Shown here piece by piece: positions 28,976 to 39,221 of a stretch of 64,000 nt of DNA (its first letter is position 1; each line of letters starts with the position of its first letter). Below the pieces are notes generated by a model. It saw nothing but the letters and a program-made list of their open reading frames with translations, was not told where the DNA came from and made no database searches. The DNA is taken from assembly GCA_965218425.1 (NCBI GenBank), contig OZ244621.1, positions 3,360,001 to 3,424,000 on the forward strand, given 5' to 3'. The DNA comes from an uncultured Candidatus Binatia bacterium (GTDB lineage Bacteria > Desulfobacterota > Binatia > UBA9968 > CAXXLF01). The position numbers and the translations under genes are program-made.

Positions 28976-29173
28976 GGATAGGCCTCCATGAGTTTTCGGA
29001 CGCTCGATCTGCATTTAGTTGAAACCGAAAATTAATTCAAGGGACAAGGGCAACGGCCGGCTACAGTGGTGGCGTGGGGCGGAGAAAAGATATAACCGAT
29101 GCCACCTCTGCAAGATTGGAGGACAGGACGGAGCAGTCAAAGTGACGCAACAGGTTAAAAAGTCACACCGGTC

Positions 29174-30046
29174 TTATTTCTTTTTCTGTGCGTCGGACAG
29201 GTATCTTAGCAAGCGTGAGTCCTGTGGTAGCAGGACGGTGCTCTTCGTTCCAAGGAATTTGTCGTAAGCGTCCAGGCTCCGGACGAAACTATAAAATTCA
29301 GGATCCTCTCCATAGGCGCTGCCGTAGATGGCCGTTGCCTGTGCGTCTCCTTCGCCGCGGCGAGTCTGACTTTCCTCGTAGGCCTTGGCCAGTATGATGG
29401 TTTTTTCCTTATCCGTGCCCGCCCTGATCTTGGCCGATTCCTCTGCGCCTTCCGATCGATAACGCTTGGAGATTCTCTCACGTTCGGAACGCATACGGGC
29501 AAAGACGCTCTCCTGCACCTCCCGGGGTAAGTCGGCCCGTTTGACTCTCACGTCAACTACGTCGAGGCCAAACTCTAAAGCCTTGTCGGCGGCCCGAACT
29601 GCAACCGCCTCCATGGCGGGCTCTCGCTCTTGGGCGATGATGGCCGCAAAGTTTCTCCTCGCCAACTCTTCTCTAAGCTCGGAGAAAACGATTTCATCGA
29701 GGCGGGCACGGGCCCCCGGCTCCGCCCGAACCGTCTTGTAAAACAGCAGTGGGTCTTTAATCTTCCAGCGAGTAACATGGTCAACCACCACCCGTTTTTT
29801 GTCTTTTGTGAGGTACTCGGCTGGCTGCGCGTCGCTGTCGAGAATCCGACCCTCGACTTTGACCACCTGTTGGAGAAATGGGTATTTCCAGTTGAGTCCA
29901 GGCTTTGTGATGGCTCGTTTGAACTCCCCCAGTTGGATGACGATTGCCTGTTCCCACTCGCCCACAGTGAAAAAGGTTTGGCTGCCAAAAATGACCACAA
30001 TCACAACGAGAATGAGTCCTACACTAGAAAAAAGTCGACGTGCCAT
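29174..30046 (-). CDS. hflC: FtsH modulator HflC
   Basis: SPFH domain; DVRVKRADLP, RMRSERERI, AYGEDPEFYSFVRSL. Confidence 0.95.
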   Translation of the reverse strand: MARRLFSSVGLILVVIVVIFGSQTFFTVGEWEQAIVIQLGEFKRAITKPGLNWKYPFLQQVVKVEGRILDSDAQPAEYLTKDKKRVVVDHVTRWKIKDPLLFYKTVRAEPGARARLDEIVFSELREELARRNFAAIIAQEREPAMEAVAVRAADKALEFGLDVVDVRVKRADLPREVQESVFARMRSERERISKRYRSEGAEESAKIRAGTDKEKTIILAKAYEESQTRRGEGDAQATAIYGSAYGEDPEFYSFVRSLDAYDKFLGTKSTVLLPQDSRLLRYLSDAQKKK

Positions 30047-30058
30047 GTTCTGCCTCCG

Positions 30059-31096
30059 TTACTGACCCGACGGCGTTATGGGAGCCTGTTTGATGGTGAT
30101 ATCTTTCAACGGCAATAGAGGAACCACTCCTCCTTTGCCCTCGGACTGAAGGATAACCTTCTCTACTTCGGGAAGCACCCGCTCCAGGGTTTCAAGATGG
30201 AGTCGCTCCCTGGTGACTCCGGGTGCCTTTTTATACTCGGCCAGAACGGAGCTAAACCTTGCGGCATCCCCTCGAGCCCTGAGGATTCTTTCTTCTTTGT
30301 ATGCCTCCGCCGCCCGAATAATCTCTTGCGCCTCGCCACGTGCCTTGGGTATCAGGTCCTCGCGGTAACCTTCGGCTTGCCGTACCAGCTTTTCCCTATC
30401 TTCCCGGGCACGGACCACCTCGTTAAATGCGTCCTTGACCTGTTCGGGGGCGTCCACGGTCTGGAGCTTGACGGCAGTGATCAGAAGCCCGGATTCGTAG
30501 GTGTCCATCAGCTGCTGTAGAAATACTCGAGTTTCATCCTGGACCTTCGCTCTACCAACTGTCAGCACTTCATCCACAGTGGTGTTGCCGACGCGGCCTC
30601 TCAAAGCAACCTCAATGGCAGCCCGCAAGGTGGAAACAGGATCGCGCAGGCGAAATAGAAACTGGACGGGGTCTTTGATCCGATACTGCACGATCATTTG
30701 AACGTCCACGATATTCTCATCACCAGTTAGCATCTGGGATTCGGCGGGAACCGGTCGAACCAGACTGGGCCGGCGCGGGTTGCTCCTGAAGCCCACTTCG
30801 ATTTGGCGGACCCGTTCCACGTTAATCACATCCACCTGTTGGATCGGCCATGGCCAGTGGTAGTTCAGGCCGGGGCTTGTGGGGGGTTGCAGGACTTTAC
30901 CGAACCGCCGGACCACCCCCTGCTCTCCTGGTCCTACGATGTAGATCCCACTTGCGACCCAGATGATGAGAATTACTATTATGATAATCGAAGGCAAGCC
31001 AGCCCTCATGAATTTAGGGAGTTGCGGCAGTTTCGAGAGAAATTCCTCCCACTCGCTGCCTCGACTCCACGGCCCGTTTCCGCCTCTTTGTGCCAT
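30059..31096 (-). CDS. hflK: FtsH modulator HflK
   Basis: GVVRRFGK, MLTGDENIV, VKDAF, APGVTRERLHLET. Confidence 0.95.
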   Translation of the reverse strand: MAQRGGNGPWSRGSEWEEFLSKLPQLPKFMRAGLPSIIIIVILIIWVASGIYIVGPGEQGVVRRFGKVLQPPTSPGLNYHWPWPIQQVDVINVERVRQIEVGFRSNPRRPSLVRPVPAESQMLTGDENIVDVQMIVQYRIKDPVQFLFRLRDPVSTLRAAIEVALRGRVGNTTVDEVLTVGRAKVQDETRVFLQQLMDTYESGLLITAVKLQTVDAPEQVKDAFNEVVRAREDREKLVRQAEGYREDLIPKARGEAQEIIRAAEAYKEERILRARGDAARFSSVLAEYKKAPGVTRERLHLETLERVLPEVEKVILQSEGKGGVVPLLPLKDITIKQAPITPSGQ

Positions 31097-31173
31097 ATGG
31101 TACCTATTTTATTTCCTTTCCAGTTAATTTTACTGGGGAAACCTTTGGTTTATTTCAATTCAGATCGTAATGA

Positions 31174-31701
31174 CTATGCCGGCCGTCCGATTCCCATTAA
31201 AGATATGAATAGGAACAGAATCAATGCCTGAACAATCCATCCGATCGCACACACTCCCACTGCCCTCCCCGTGCTTTCGTAGTCCAATGCTGATTTGACG
31301 GCGATCACCATAGCAACGAGCATCCAGATTCCCGCCGCCAGGAATAGGAATCCGCGCAGGAAAGGGATCACTCCGAGGATCCGTAGCAACCCGGGCGCCG
31401 CCGAGAAGCCGATGGTCCGAAGCAGCTCCCCATGGGTGGCGTGGGTTTGCGGCTCGGGCCATATCTTGGTTCCGATCCAGAAGGTGATGTATGCCCAGAT
31501 ATACCAACTGATCAGGGCGATTACGCTGCCGATTAGCAATCCACCGAAATCACCGCCCTTGGCTCCAATGCCCGCGGCAATGGCCGAGAGAACCACCACT
31601 CCCACCGCTTGACCTGTGGCAGAGGTGTCTTTTTCTACTTCTTCAAACAGGTGCGGGTCTAACCTAGCCGCCCTTATCATTCTATTTACGAATGGATTCA
31701 T
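31174..31701 (-). CDS. Yip1-domain membrane protein
   Basis: RMIRAARLD..FEEVE, ELLRTIGFS.APG, multi-TM. Confidence 0.75.
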   Translation of the reverse strand: MNPFVNRMIRAARLDPHLFEEVEKDTSATGQAVGVVVLSAIAAGIGAKGGDFGGLLIGSVIALISWYIWAYITFWIGTKIWPEPQTHATHGELLRTIGFSAAPGLLRILGVIPFLRGFLFLAAGIWMLVAMVIAVKSALDYESTGRAVGVCAIGWIVQALILFLFISLMGIGRPA

Positions 31702-31862
31702 CGCTTATGTTTGCAAAACCCTATACTCCCCCCATGCGCTTGTCAAGGCAGATAACCAGGTGCGTCTGTAATTTAGAGAAGTTGCAGTGCAAGGAGAGAG
31801 TAGAGGACACGTGTGGATGCGCTCGGGGACGTCTAACGGTATACGGTATAAGGCTCGGCGTT

Positions 31863-32774
31863 TTATGACCTAGGTGGACTTTTCTTCAGTAGGTGTCGAC
31901 GTGGATCGAAGGGGACGCCGTTAAGTTTCATCTCATAGTGAAGGTGGGGATTGGTGCTCTTTCCCGTATTGCCAATGTTTGCAATCAGCTGGTCTCTGCG
32001 GACCTTTTGTCCTTTTACAACGTGGATTTTCGATAGGTGTCCGTACAGGGTAGTTAGACCCTGCCCATGGTCCAGGACGATGTATTTGCCGTTGCCGTTG
32101 CCGTTGCCGGCAAATTTCACTGTGGCATCCCCGGGGGCATGAACGGGAGTCCCCTTCCAATTTGCGATGTCCAGGCCGCTATGAAATTCCCTTTTTCCCG
32201 TCCAGGGAGACCGGCGGTTTCCGAAAGCAGAGCTCAGCCATCCCTTGGTGGGCCATTGTGAAGGGATGGAGGCGATAAGACCCTCCAGTTCTCCCTGGAG
32301 CGATCCGAGACTTGCTCCTAGATCGTCCACTACGTGCGCACCCGAAAGGGAAGCCCTACGTTTGCGTGGCAGGGAGGCCCGGATTTTACCCCGCAACCCT
32401 TTCCAGTTGGCGAGAAGCTGCTGGCTGACTTTGATTCGTTCCTGCAAGGTCAGCAGTCTTTGCCGTTGCGTTTGGATGTGATTCCTCAAGGTGAGCACCT
32501 GCTCACTATGCTCGGCCATGAGAGTTGTTAGCTTACTAGCATGGTGGGTTTTAAGGGATTTGACCTCTTGGGTCAGTTGAACTCTGAGGTTACTTTCTTT
32601 TCTTTTTTGGATTTTTGTCCAAAGGTAGTCGCCTAGGAACCACGTGCTGAGGCCCGCGACGGCGATCCCAGTGTACAAAATGGTTCGAACGACGTTGCTG
32701 GAAATCCCAAGGCGTTTAATTTGCGTTCCGTGTTGTGGAAGGATGAGTACCGAGTAGCTTTTGTTCAATTCCAT
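31863..32774 (-). CDS. M23 family metallopeptidase with coiled coil
   Basis: HSGLD, YGHLS, GNTGKSTNPHLHYE. Confidence 0.93.
   Translation of the reverse strand: MELNKSYSVLILPQHGTQIKRLGISSNVVRTILYTGIAVAGLSTWFLGDYLWTKIQKRKESNLRVQLTQEVKSLKTHHASKLTTLMAEHSEQVLTLRNHIQTQRQRLLTLQERIKVSQQLLANWKGLRGKIRASLPRKRRASLSGAHVVDDLGASLGSLQGELEGLIASIPSQWPTKGWLSSAFGNRRSPWTGKREFHSGLDIANWKGTPVHAPGDATVKFAGNGNGNGKYIVLDHGQGLTTLYGHLSKIHVVKGQKVRRDQLIANIGNTGKSTNPHLHYEMKLNGVPFDPRRHLLKKSPPRS
32086..32109. repeat. (TTGCCG)x4 simple repeat encoding GNGNGNG in the M23 domain
   Basis: Four perfect hexamer units. Confidence 0.7.
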
Positions 32775-32925
32775 GTGCGTTACCGTGATGAATTATGGTC
32801 TTTCATTGACGGCCTTCAAGCTCACACCCCTGATCGAGCACGGGAACCACGGGTTGGTCAGGAGTGAAATTATTCCCTTTCCAGCGCCACATGAGATCTG
32901 CTGCTTACCTTAAGATACGCTTCCG

Positions 32926-33354
32926 CTACGCTGGTTTCCTGGCGCCCTGTGGAGATTCCACCAGTGCAGGCCCAGCGGGACGACGTTCAGCTACGACCTC
33001 ACCTGCGCGCCGCATCTTGGAGACGTTCCCGTTAAAGAATCCTCCCTTGGAAATGATGAGGGAGTCGGTTTCTATGTTGCCTGAAACGCGGCCTGTTGCG
33101 GTGATTTCGACATTGCCGGTAGCCACCATGTTGCCTTCGTACCGTCCCATGATGACGGCCTCGGCGGTGTTCACATCGGCTCGAACTACCCCTTTTCCGG
33201 CAATCACCAGCCTTCCCTCCACGTTCATTTCCCCCGCCACCTCGCACTCGATCTGGATAGAATCCCTTATGTTGAACTTTCCCTCGATGCGTGCGGATTC
33301 ACCTAGTACCGTCAGCAGTGGACCTGCGCCACCACCGTTTTGTTTCCGCAACAT
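32926..33354 (-). CDS. Bactofilin (polymer-forming cytoskeletal protein)
   Basis: TVLGESARIEG...GRVSGNI...GGFFNG; adjacent to M23 peptidase, a common pairing. Confidence 0.92.
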   Translation of the reverse strand: MLRKQNGGGAGPLLTVLGESARIEGKFNIRDSIQIECEVAGEMNVEGRLVIAGKGVVRADVNTAEAVIMGRYEGNMVATGNVEITATGRVSGNIETDSLIISKGGFFNGNVSKMRRAGEVVAERRPAGPALVESPQGARKPA

Positions 33355-33559
33355 ATAAAACCTCCTCTTTCGTGAGCATGATAATAACTAAAAATATTTA
33401 GCATGTGGAAAATAATTTGAAACAAGGGGCGCATACTATCTCGACTTTTTAATGCTTGTCAATATGTAAGTTTGTTGTTTGAAAAAACAATTGGGTCATG
33501 AATTCGGCCAACTATATAAGGAATAATTGCCGTATTGCAAGAGGTCAGTTTTATCGTGG

Positions 33560-33707
33560 TGAGCCAGCCCTTCGAAGAGCGAGGGGAAGGATCCCCAGTG
33601 AGTCTGAAAGGGTCTGTGAAAGTGTCCGGAGAGGACTCCGGGAGCGCCGTCCAATGGCCGAACTGACAGCGGTCCGTCGTATTGGGCTTGCTATTAGGGG
33701 GGGCTCA
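33560..33707 (+). ncRNA. Candidate unannotated structured RNA
   Basis: Hand-folded closing stems plus three internal hairpins, two with AGGA loops. Confidence 0.35.
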
Positions 33708-33846
33708 ATCCCGGGGGGTGTTTCTTTAGGCGTGGATGTGACGGTCCAAATTATCCTTAGCATTATAGATGTGAAGATGTTGTCCGGCTGAGGTCTTCCC
33801 CCCGTGGAAAGAGAGGTGGACGATAGGGGTCTTCGGATGGTTGGTC

Positions 33847-34092
33847 TTATTCACCACCATCCCCGAAGTGGTCTCTTAAAATACGGTCCTTGATATATTC
33901 CAATGCTCCAAGATCCTGGAGGATGTCCCCGCCGGTGTCGTAGAAGAAAACGTCTCCCTTGCGATTGCGGCCAATGGCCACCAGCCAATCCAGCTGATCC
34001 CTGTCTTCCAGCAGGTAGTTAATGGCCTGGCTAGCCCCCTTGCTGGAGATGATGGTCACCTTGGGAGATTTTCTCTTTTTGGGCTGATTCAT
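33847..34092 (-). CDS. Hypothetical protein (81 aa)
   Basis: AGGAGG RBS, ATG start, protein-like composition. Confidence 0.7.
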   Translation of the reverse strand: MNQPKKRKSPKVTIISSKGASQAINYLLEDRDQLDWLVAIGRNRKGDVFFYDTGGDILQDLGALEYIKDRILRDHFGDGGE

Positions 34093-34219
34093 CTTGGACC
34101 CTCCTGATTAAGAATAGTCTATAACAAAATGCGGCAATCGCTCAACCCTAGGGGCCCTGGTGAACTTCAGGGAACTTTTCGAGCCAACCCTGCCCGCCAT
34201 TAGACCCACTACGGAGTTA

Positions 34220-34512
34220 GCGGCTGCGGCTTATCAGCGAGTTCACCAACGAGCAGCGCCGGGCCACGCGCCTGGCATTGACGGACGGCATAGAGCGCGG
34301 CCTCAATCCGATTGACCAGGCGCGGAACTTCCGTTCCTCCGTCGGTTTGACAGCGAGACAGCAAGCGGCGGTACAGAACTACCGGCTGCTGGGACAGGGA
34401 TCCTCGGAAGCGCTGGGGTGGGAGCTTCGGGACCGGCGGTTCGATCCCACCGTGCGCTGCGCTATTCGGTCGGGCGAGCCGCTCAGCCAAGCCCAGATAA
34501 ACCGCATGAAGG
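34220..34512 (+). pseudogene. Phage head morphogenesis / minor capsid protein fragment
   Basis: RLRLISEFTNEQRRATRLALTDGIERGLNP...VGLTARQ...LRDRRFD...GEPLSQAQINRM resembles phage Mu-F-like head proteins; no start, truncated. Confidence 0.55.
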
Positions 34513-34795
34513 GTGAAGTTGTCGATAACGTGGATCGACGACGGACTGTTGACCATATAATGCAACTAGCAAGAAAAGGCGAGTTTAAAGTCATTGCGTC
34601 TTCATCTGTTGGTCTCCATCGCCGTCCTTGGCATTCTGGCAGCGGTATCAATTATGGCGTATAACAGCTGTCTAGAACGGCGATCCTGCAAGCTGCATGC
34701 CCCTGAATTGCCTAGCTAATTCTGCCAACTACAATTTGTCTCACCGGCTTTAATCTGTGTGGATTGAATTCAGAACCTAATCCCGAGGGGTCGTC

Positions 34796-36046
34796 CTAGG
34801 TTGCCGCTCCGGGCTCTGGGGCGACGGGCCTTGGGACATCGGCCTGGCGGCTTTCCGTGTACTGTCGAAGCTCCGGAGTCCGATGGAAAAGAAACGAGGC
34901 GTAAGATAGCACGATGATAACGCCCGTGGTGAGTGCCATGGGGGCGCCGATAAAAGTCGCAAGAGACCCAGCCTGAATCCCGCTCAAGGGGCCCAGGCCC
35001 CGATGCACCATCATGTTCATGGCCATCACGCGGCCTCGCATTTTCTCCTCGGCAGACAACTGAAGCATGGTATTGCGCAGTGTTCCTCCCACCACGTCGA
35101 TCAAGCCCACCAGCATCAACGCGCCCATGGAAAAAGCCATCCACGGTGAAAGGGCGAAGCAGGCCACAATCATGGGTTGGAGAAAGGCAGTTACCATGAA
35201 GACCGGCCCCTTCTTCTTAACGTCGCCAATCAACATGAGGACCCCGGTGGCGAGAAAGGCTCCCACACCGGGGGAGGCATAGAGAAAGCCAAGACCCGTG
35301 GGGCCCACCTGGAGCACGTTACGTGCAAACACGGGCATTAGCTCCTGGTAAGATCCAAAAAACGTGTGCACGGCTTCAAGGGTCAGAATACCAAAGATGA
35401 CGGGATGTCGCTGCATAACCTTAAGCCCATCGATAATAGAGCGGGCCATGGAGGTGGTCTTGCGTTCCAACTCTGAGGGGGGTGTGCGCATCAAGATGAC
35501 AGAGAGCAGCACCATGGAATGGAATAGGGCGTAGGTGAAGAAGGCGCCGGAGATACCGACGGTACTTATGGCAAATCCGCCAATGAGTGGTCCAACCAGA
35601 GCCGTCACCCGCCGGAGGATAGAGGTGAGAGCAATGGCCCGCATGAGGTCTTCTCTAGGCACCAGGGACGGTATCAGAGCGTGTCGGGCGGGAGCGTCAA
35701 AGGCGGCTACCGTCCAGCTCACGAAGCTCAGGGCGTATATGTGCCACACCCTGATAACCTCCAGCTCGGTTAGTATGCCGGGAATAAACGCGAGCAGAGT
35801 GGCAAGACTCTGGGAAAGAATCAATAGCCGGCGCCGGTCCATGCGATCCGCCAGGGCGCCGCCGTATAATGACATAATGAGAAAGGGTACAGACATAAAA
35901 ACGCCGTTGAGCCCTAACATGAATGGCGAATTGGTCAGTTCAAGGATGAGCCAGCCGCTGGTGAGTTGGTGAATCCATGAGCCCATGGCGCCAAAAAGCC
36001 AGCCACCCCATAGCAAGCGGAAATCGCGATATTTTAAAGGTCCCAC
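34796..36046 (-). CDS. MFS transporter (MFS_3/H+ antiporter-like)
   Basis: 12 TMs; GGALADRMDRRR, FDAPAR, MRGRV. Confidence 0.92.
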   Translation of the reverse strand: MGPLKYRDFRLLWGGWLFGAMGSWIHQLTSGWLILELTNSPFMLGLNGVFMSVPFLIMSLYGGALADRMDRRRLLILSQSLATLLAFIPGILTELEVIRVWHIYALSFVSWTVAAFDAPARHALIPSLVPREDLMRAIALTSILRRVTALVGPLIGGFAISTVGISGAFFTYALFHSMVLLSVILMRTPPSELERKTTSMARSIIDGLKVMQRHPVIFGILTLEAVHTFFGSYQELMPVFARNVLQVGPTGLGFLYASPGVGAFLATGVLMLIGDVKKKGPVFMVTAFLQPMIVACFALSPWMAFSMGALMLVGLIDVVGGTLRNTMLQLSAEEKMRGRVMAMNMMVHRGLGPLSGIQAGSLATFIGAPMALTTGVIIVLSYASFLFHRTPELRQYTESRQADVPRPVAPEPGAAT

Positions 36047-36493
36047 GAATTTAATCAGCGAACGCTAGAGCCTGTTCATCCGGCCCTTCGAGAGTGCCCC
36101 TGCCTTGGACTCAATCGAACCTCGGCAGAGATCAATTTTGGCGTACCCTCAGGTCGGATTCGTTAGTACGACGAGTGGAGTCTCGGAATTTGAAAAATTA
36201 GAAGGTGGGCCATCAGACTGAGGTTGCGCCCGTTCTAATCTTCTGCCAAGACCAAATGTTAGCTAGAGTTGTACACCACTCATGGCAAGTGAATCAAACG
36301 TTTATTCCCCCTACAAGGGAGGCCGCTGAAAGGCCTGCCAGCCCTCCCCCACCACGGCCTTTTGTGATTGAACTGTCTTTAGCTTATGGGGACCGATGGT
36401 ATTTACAATTTCGACATAGTTATAAAGCCTTTTACCTATCCACCGCTCTAATAAAGACTTCATCGGGATATTAGCTTGGGAGAGTGAAAGGGG

Positions 36494-36960
36494 CTAGGCG
36501 ACGGTGGCCTGATCGCAAATGAGTTGTTGAACACAGTGGAGTGCACTGTTGACCTCAAAGGAGTGGCGATCAGGGTTTTCCTCAAAGGATTGTTGTTCCT
36601 CTTCGATCATGGCAATGTCGTGACGCGCGAGGTTGCTTAGCAATGGTTTCACGACGCTGGTCAGAGTTCTTTTGATGTTCTTCGAACCCCTAGCGGGATA
36701 CCATGCAATACGGTGAACTTTCCCAGTGAAGCGTAGTGGATCAGATAGGCTACCGTATATCGCCCGTTTACCGGGCAGATGAGGCAATAGAGCTTGAAGC
36801 ATGAAAACCTGGCCACCGAAGAGATGTGATTCAAATCTTCCCATTCCTGCATGTGCATGGGTTTCGTTTCGGAAGCCAAGCCCGGATCTCCAGGGAAGAT
36901 CCAAACGAAGCCGCCTTGTTCGAGTAGAGGAAAGCTTTTCACCCGGCAATGGGACAACCC
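36494..36960 (-). pseudogene. Rieske aromatic oxygenase alpha-subunit relic
   Basis: VKSFPLLEQGGFVWIFPGDP and C-terminal D..MIEEEQ segments in different frames; Rieske cluster part missing. Confidence 0.6.
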
Positions 36961-37170
36961 TAGGGATAATTTTGCTGGCTAAATCGTCCGCCTACCTTGT
37001 GTTGCCTCTAACAAGTTGGCACCTTGAGGTACCCGTGAAGTCAATGGCCTTGAATGAATCAGGGGCAGGGTGTCGGGGGTGCTGGAATGACCATTAAACG
37101 GTCGCGAATTGAACCGTTTTAGTGAGTTGACGGTGGCAGGGTTTTTCGATCCTATCCAATATTTTGCCGT

Positions 37171-38280
37171 TCAGGCCGAGCCGTTGGACTTGGTGAGACC
37201 GTACAACTTGCTCGGGTTGTGCGAGAGGATGCGTTCCTTGTCCTCCTGGCTGGTCCCCTCCTGTTTCTGGAATTCCATAATGGCGTCCATCTCGCTGGAG
37301 GGGTCGGTGTGCCCGTAGTCAGTGCCAATGACGAGACAGTGGTCCCCTGAATAACGTAAGATGTAGGGAATATCGTCATTGGTTTGACAGGTCACGAATA
37401 TATTGCACGCGCCAAAGATGTCTTCCGGCAGCTTGCGGCCCGATGTCTTGGTCCTAAGGATTGCTTCCTTATAGATCCACGGCACCCACTGGGCCGATGC
37501 CTCGATAAACCCCCAGCGCAGAGCGGGAAATACTTTGGGGATCTCGCTCAACAGCACATCCAGGCAGGAAGTCACAGTGGGTTGCCGAAATGTTGCGAAG
37601 CGACTGACCGGTGGATACCGGTAAAGATCACAGTTTGCCGGATTGCCGTTGGCTATGTGGACGGCAATGGCCAGATCCAGGTTGGCTGCGGTTTCGTATA
37701 GAGGATAGTAGTAGGAGTCCGTCAAATGACGGTTTCCCTCCAGTGGCCGCAGACACGCCGCCACGGCACCGTTTTCCTTTGCGGTCTTGACCTCGGCGAT
37801 GGCCTCGTCCATGGCCAAGGCCGGCGTAATGCAGGACCAGCGGAGCCGGTTTTTGCCCTTACGCCAAACGTCTCCCATCCATCGGTTCCAGCTGCGGCAC
37901 AGGGCCGCCTCCACTTCCGGGCGATCCGATACTTGTTCGATCCAGAATGTATTGTGCATCACCTGGACATCAATCCCCAGGTCATCCATGTGTCGCAGGC
38001 GAAGGTCGACGTCGTCCAGTTCCCGTGCCGCCTGAGGCGTTTGCATGTCGCGGCCGGACACATCAGAGATCTGCCGAAGTTGCTGTTCGGTGAGGGTGCG
38101 GAAGCGAAAGCCGCGAATCTTGCCGTCCACAACCCAGTATTGTTGAATGGGCTCCTCGGGACAGGAGTATAAAAGGGGTCTGTACTTTTGTTCTGAGGGC
38201 TCAAGGAAATCCCAGGTTTGCTCCGTCTCGATAACGTGAGCATCTGCGTCAACAACATGCAGTCCATTTGTTAGCGGCAT
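37171..38280 (-). CDS. Amidohydrolase_2 family (metal-dependent decarboxylase/hydratase-like)
   Basis: VVDADAHVIE, AVH, IE, GTDYGHTD, NP.KLYG. Confidence 0.9.
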   Translation of the reverse strand: MPLTNGLHVVDADAHVIETEQTWDFLEPSEQKYRPLLYSCPEEPIQQYWVVDGKIRGFRFRTLTEQQLRQISDVSGRDMQTPQAARELDDVDLRLRHMDDLGIDVQVMHNTFWIEQVSDRPEVEAALCRSWNRWMGDVWRKGKNRLRWSCITPALAMDEAIAEVKTAKENGAVAACLRPLEGNRHLTDSYYYPLYETAANLDLAIAVHIANGNPANCDLYRYPPVSRFATFRQPTVTSCLDVLLSEIPKVFPALRWGFIEASAQWVPWIYKEAILRTKTSGRKLPEDIFGACNIFVTCQTNDDIPYILRYSGDHCLVIGTDYGHTDPSSEMDAIMEFQKQEGTSQEDKERILSHNPSKLYGLTKSNGSA

Positions 38281-38466
38281 TGTAGCTGCCTCCCCGAGTG
38301 GAATCGCGGTTATCTTCGCTGAAACCGTAGCTTAATTAACCTGGCATGTCAATGGTAGCATTGACTCGTTGAACCTACGATCATATGGAATCGTCAATCC
38401 ATCTGTGATAGAAACAGCGCTGTTTAGCTTGGAGATTGGAGCCGCCATAGAAGAGGAGAACATGCC

Positions 38467-39105
38467 ATGAAACTCTACGGTTTTACCCGATCCCCGTACA
38501 CGCGCAAGGTTCGCATTTTGCTCGGCGAGAAGCAAATACCCTATGATTGGATCGAGTATCAGCAACGCCATAAGGATCCGCACTATGGGGTGATGAACCC
38601 ATACAAAACGGTGCCGATACTCGAACTGGACTCCGGGACTTTTCTCTACGAGTCCACGGTGATCAATGAATATCTGGAAGACGCTTATCCGGAACCGTCA
38701 CTTCGCTTGCGGGATCCCGAGCAGAGCGCGTTGGTGCGTCTGTGGGAGGACTTTGCTGACTGCCATCTCGCATACACCCTCCTGGGGGTGGTTCGAGACC
38801 GGTTCCAGTTCACACCAGAGGGTCCTAAACCACGAGACCCGGCCAGCGTGGATCCGGCCGAAGCGCGGGAACACCGCTCGGCTCTCGAAGTGGAACTCGA
38901 TCGACTGGAAAAGCGCCTGCAAAGGCGTGACTATGTGGCCGGCCCGGGACGTGGGATTTTTACCATCGCGGACATAGCGCTGGTGCCGCCGCTTCTTGGC
39001 ACTACTGCGAGACTTGATTTCAGTGTCACCGAGAAGCGGACCAATCTGCAATCCTGGATCGAACGTGTGCAGGGCCGGGCGTCGGTTCGGGAAATCATGC
39101 AATAG
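38467..39105 (+). CDS. Glutathione S-transferase family
   Basis: SPYTRKVRI, NP..TVP, ESTVINEYL, FTIADI. Confidence 0.92.
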   Translation: MKLYGFTRSPYTRKVRILLGEKQIPYDWIEYQQRHKDPHYGVMNPYKTVPILELDSGTFLYESTVINEYLEDAYPEPSLRLRDPEQSALVRLWEDFADCHLAYTLLGVVRDRFQFTPEGPKPRDPASVDPAEAREHRSALEVELDRLEKRLQRRDYVAGPGRGIFTIADIALVPPLLGTTARLDFSVTEKRTNLQSWIERVQGRASVREIMQ

Positions 39106-39221
39106 GACTCCATAAAAGTGCGCAAGCGGTAAAGAGGATCAGCCCACACCAACTTGACAATCCTTGTTCGTTGCTGGTATCCGATGTCCAGAACACTCTA
39201 GGTTAAATTTTTTTCAAGGAG

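Noticed and set aside
36070..36165. REP-like CCCTTCGA motif upstream of the MFS gene
   Set aside because: No matching inverted arm or second copy could be shown.
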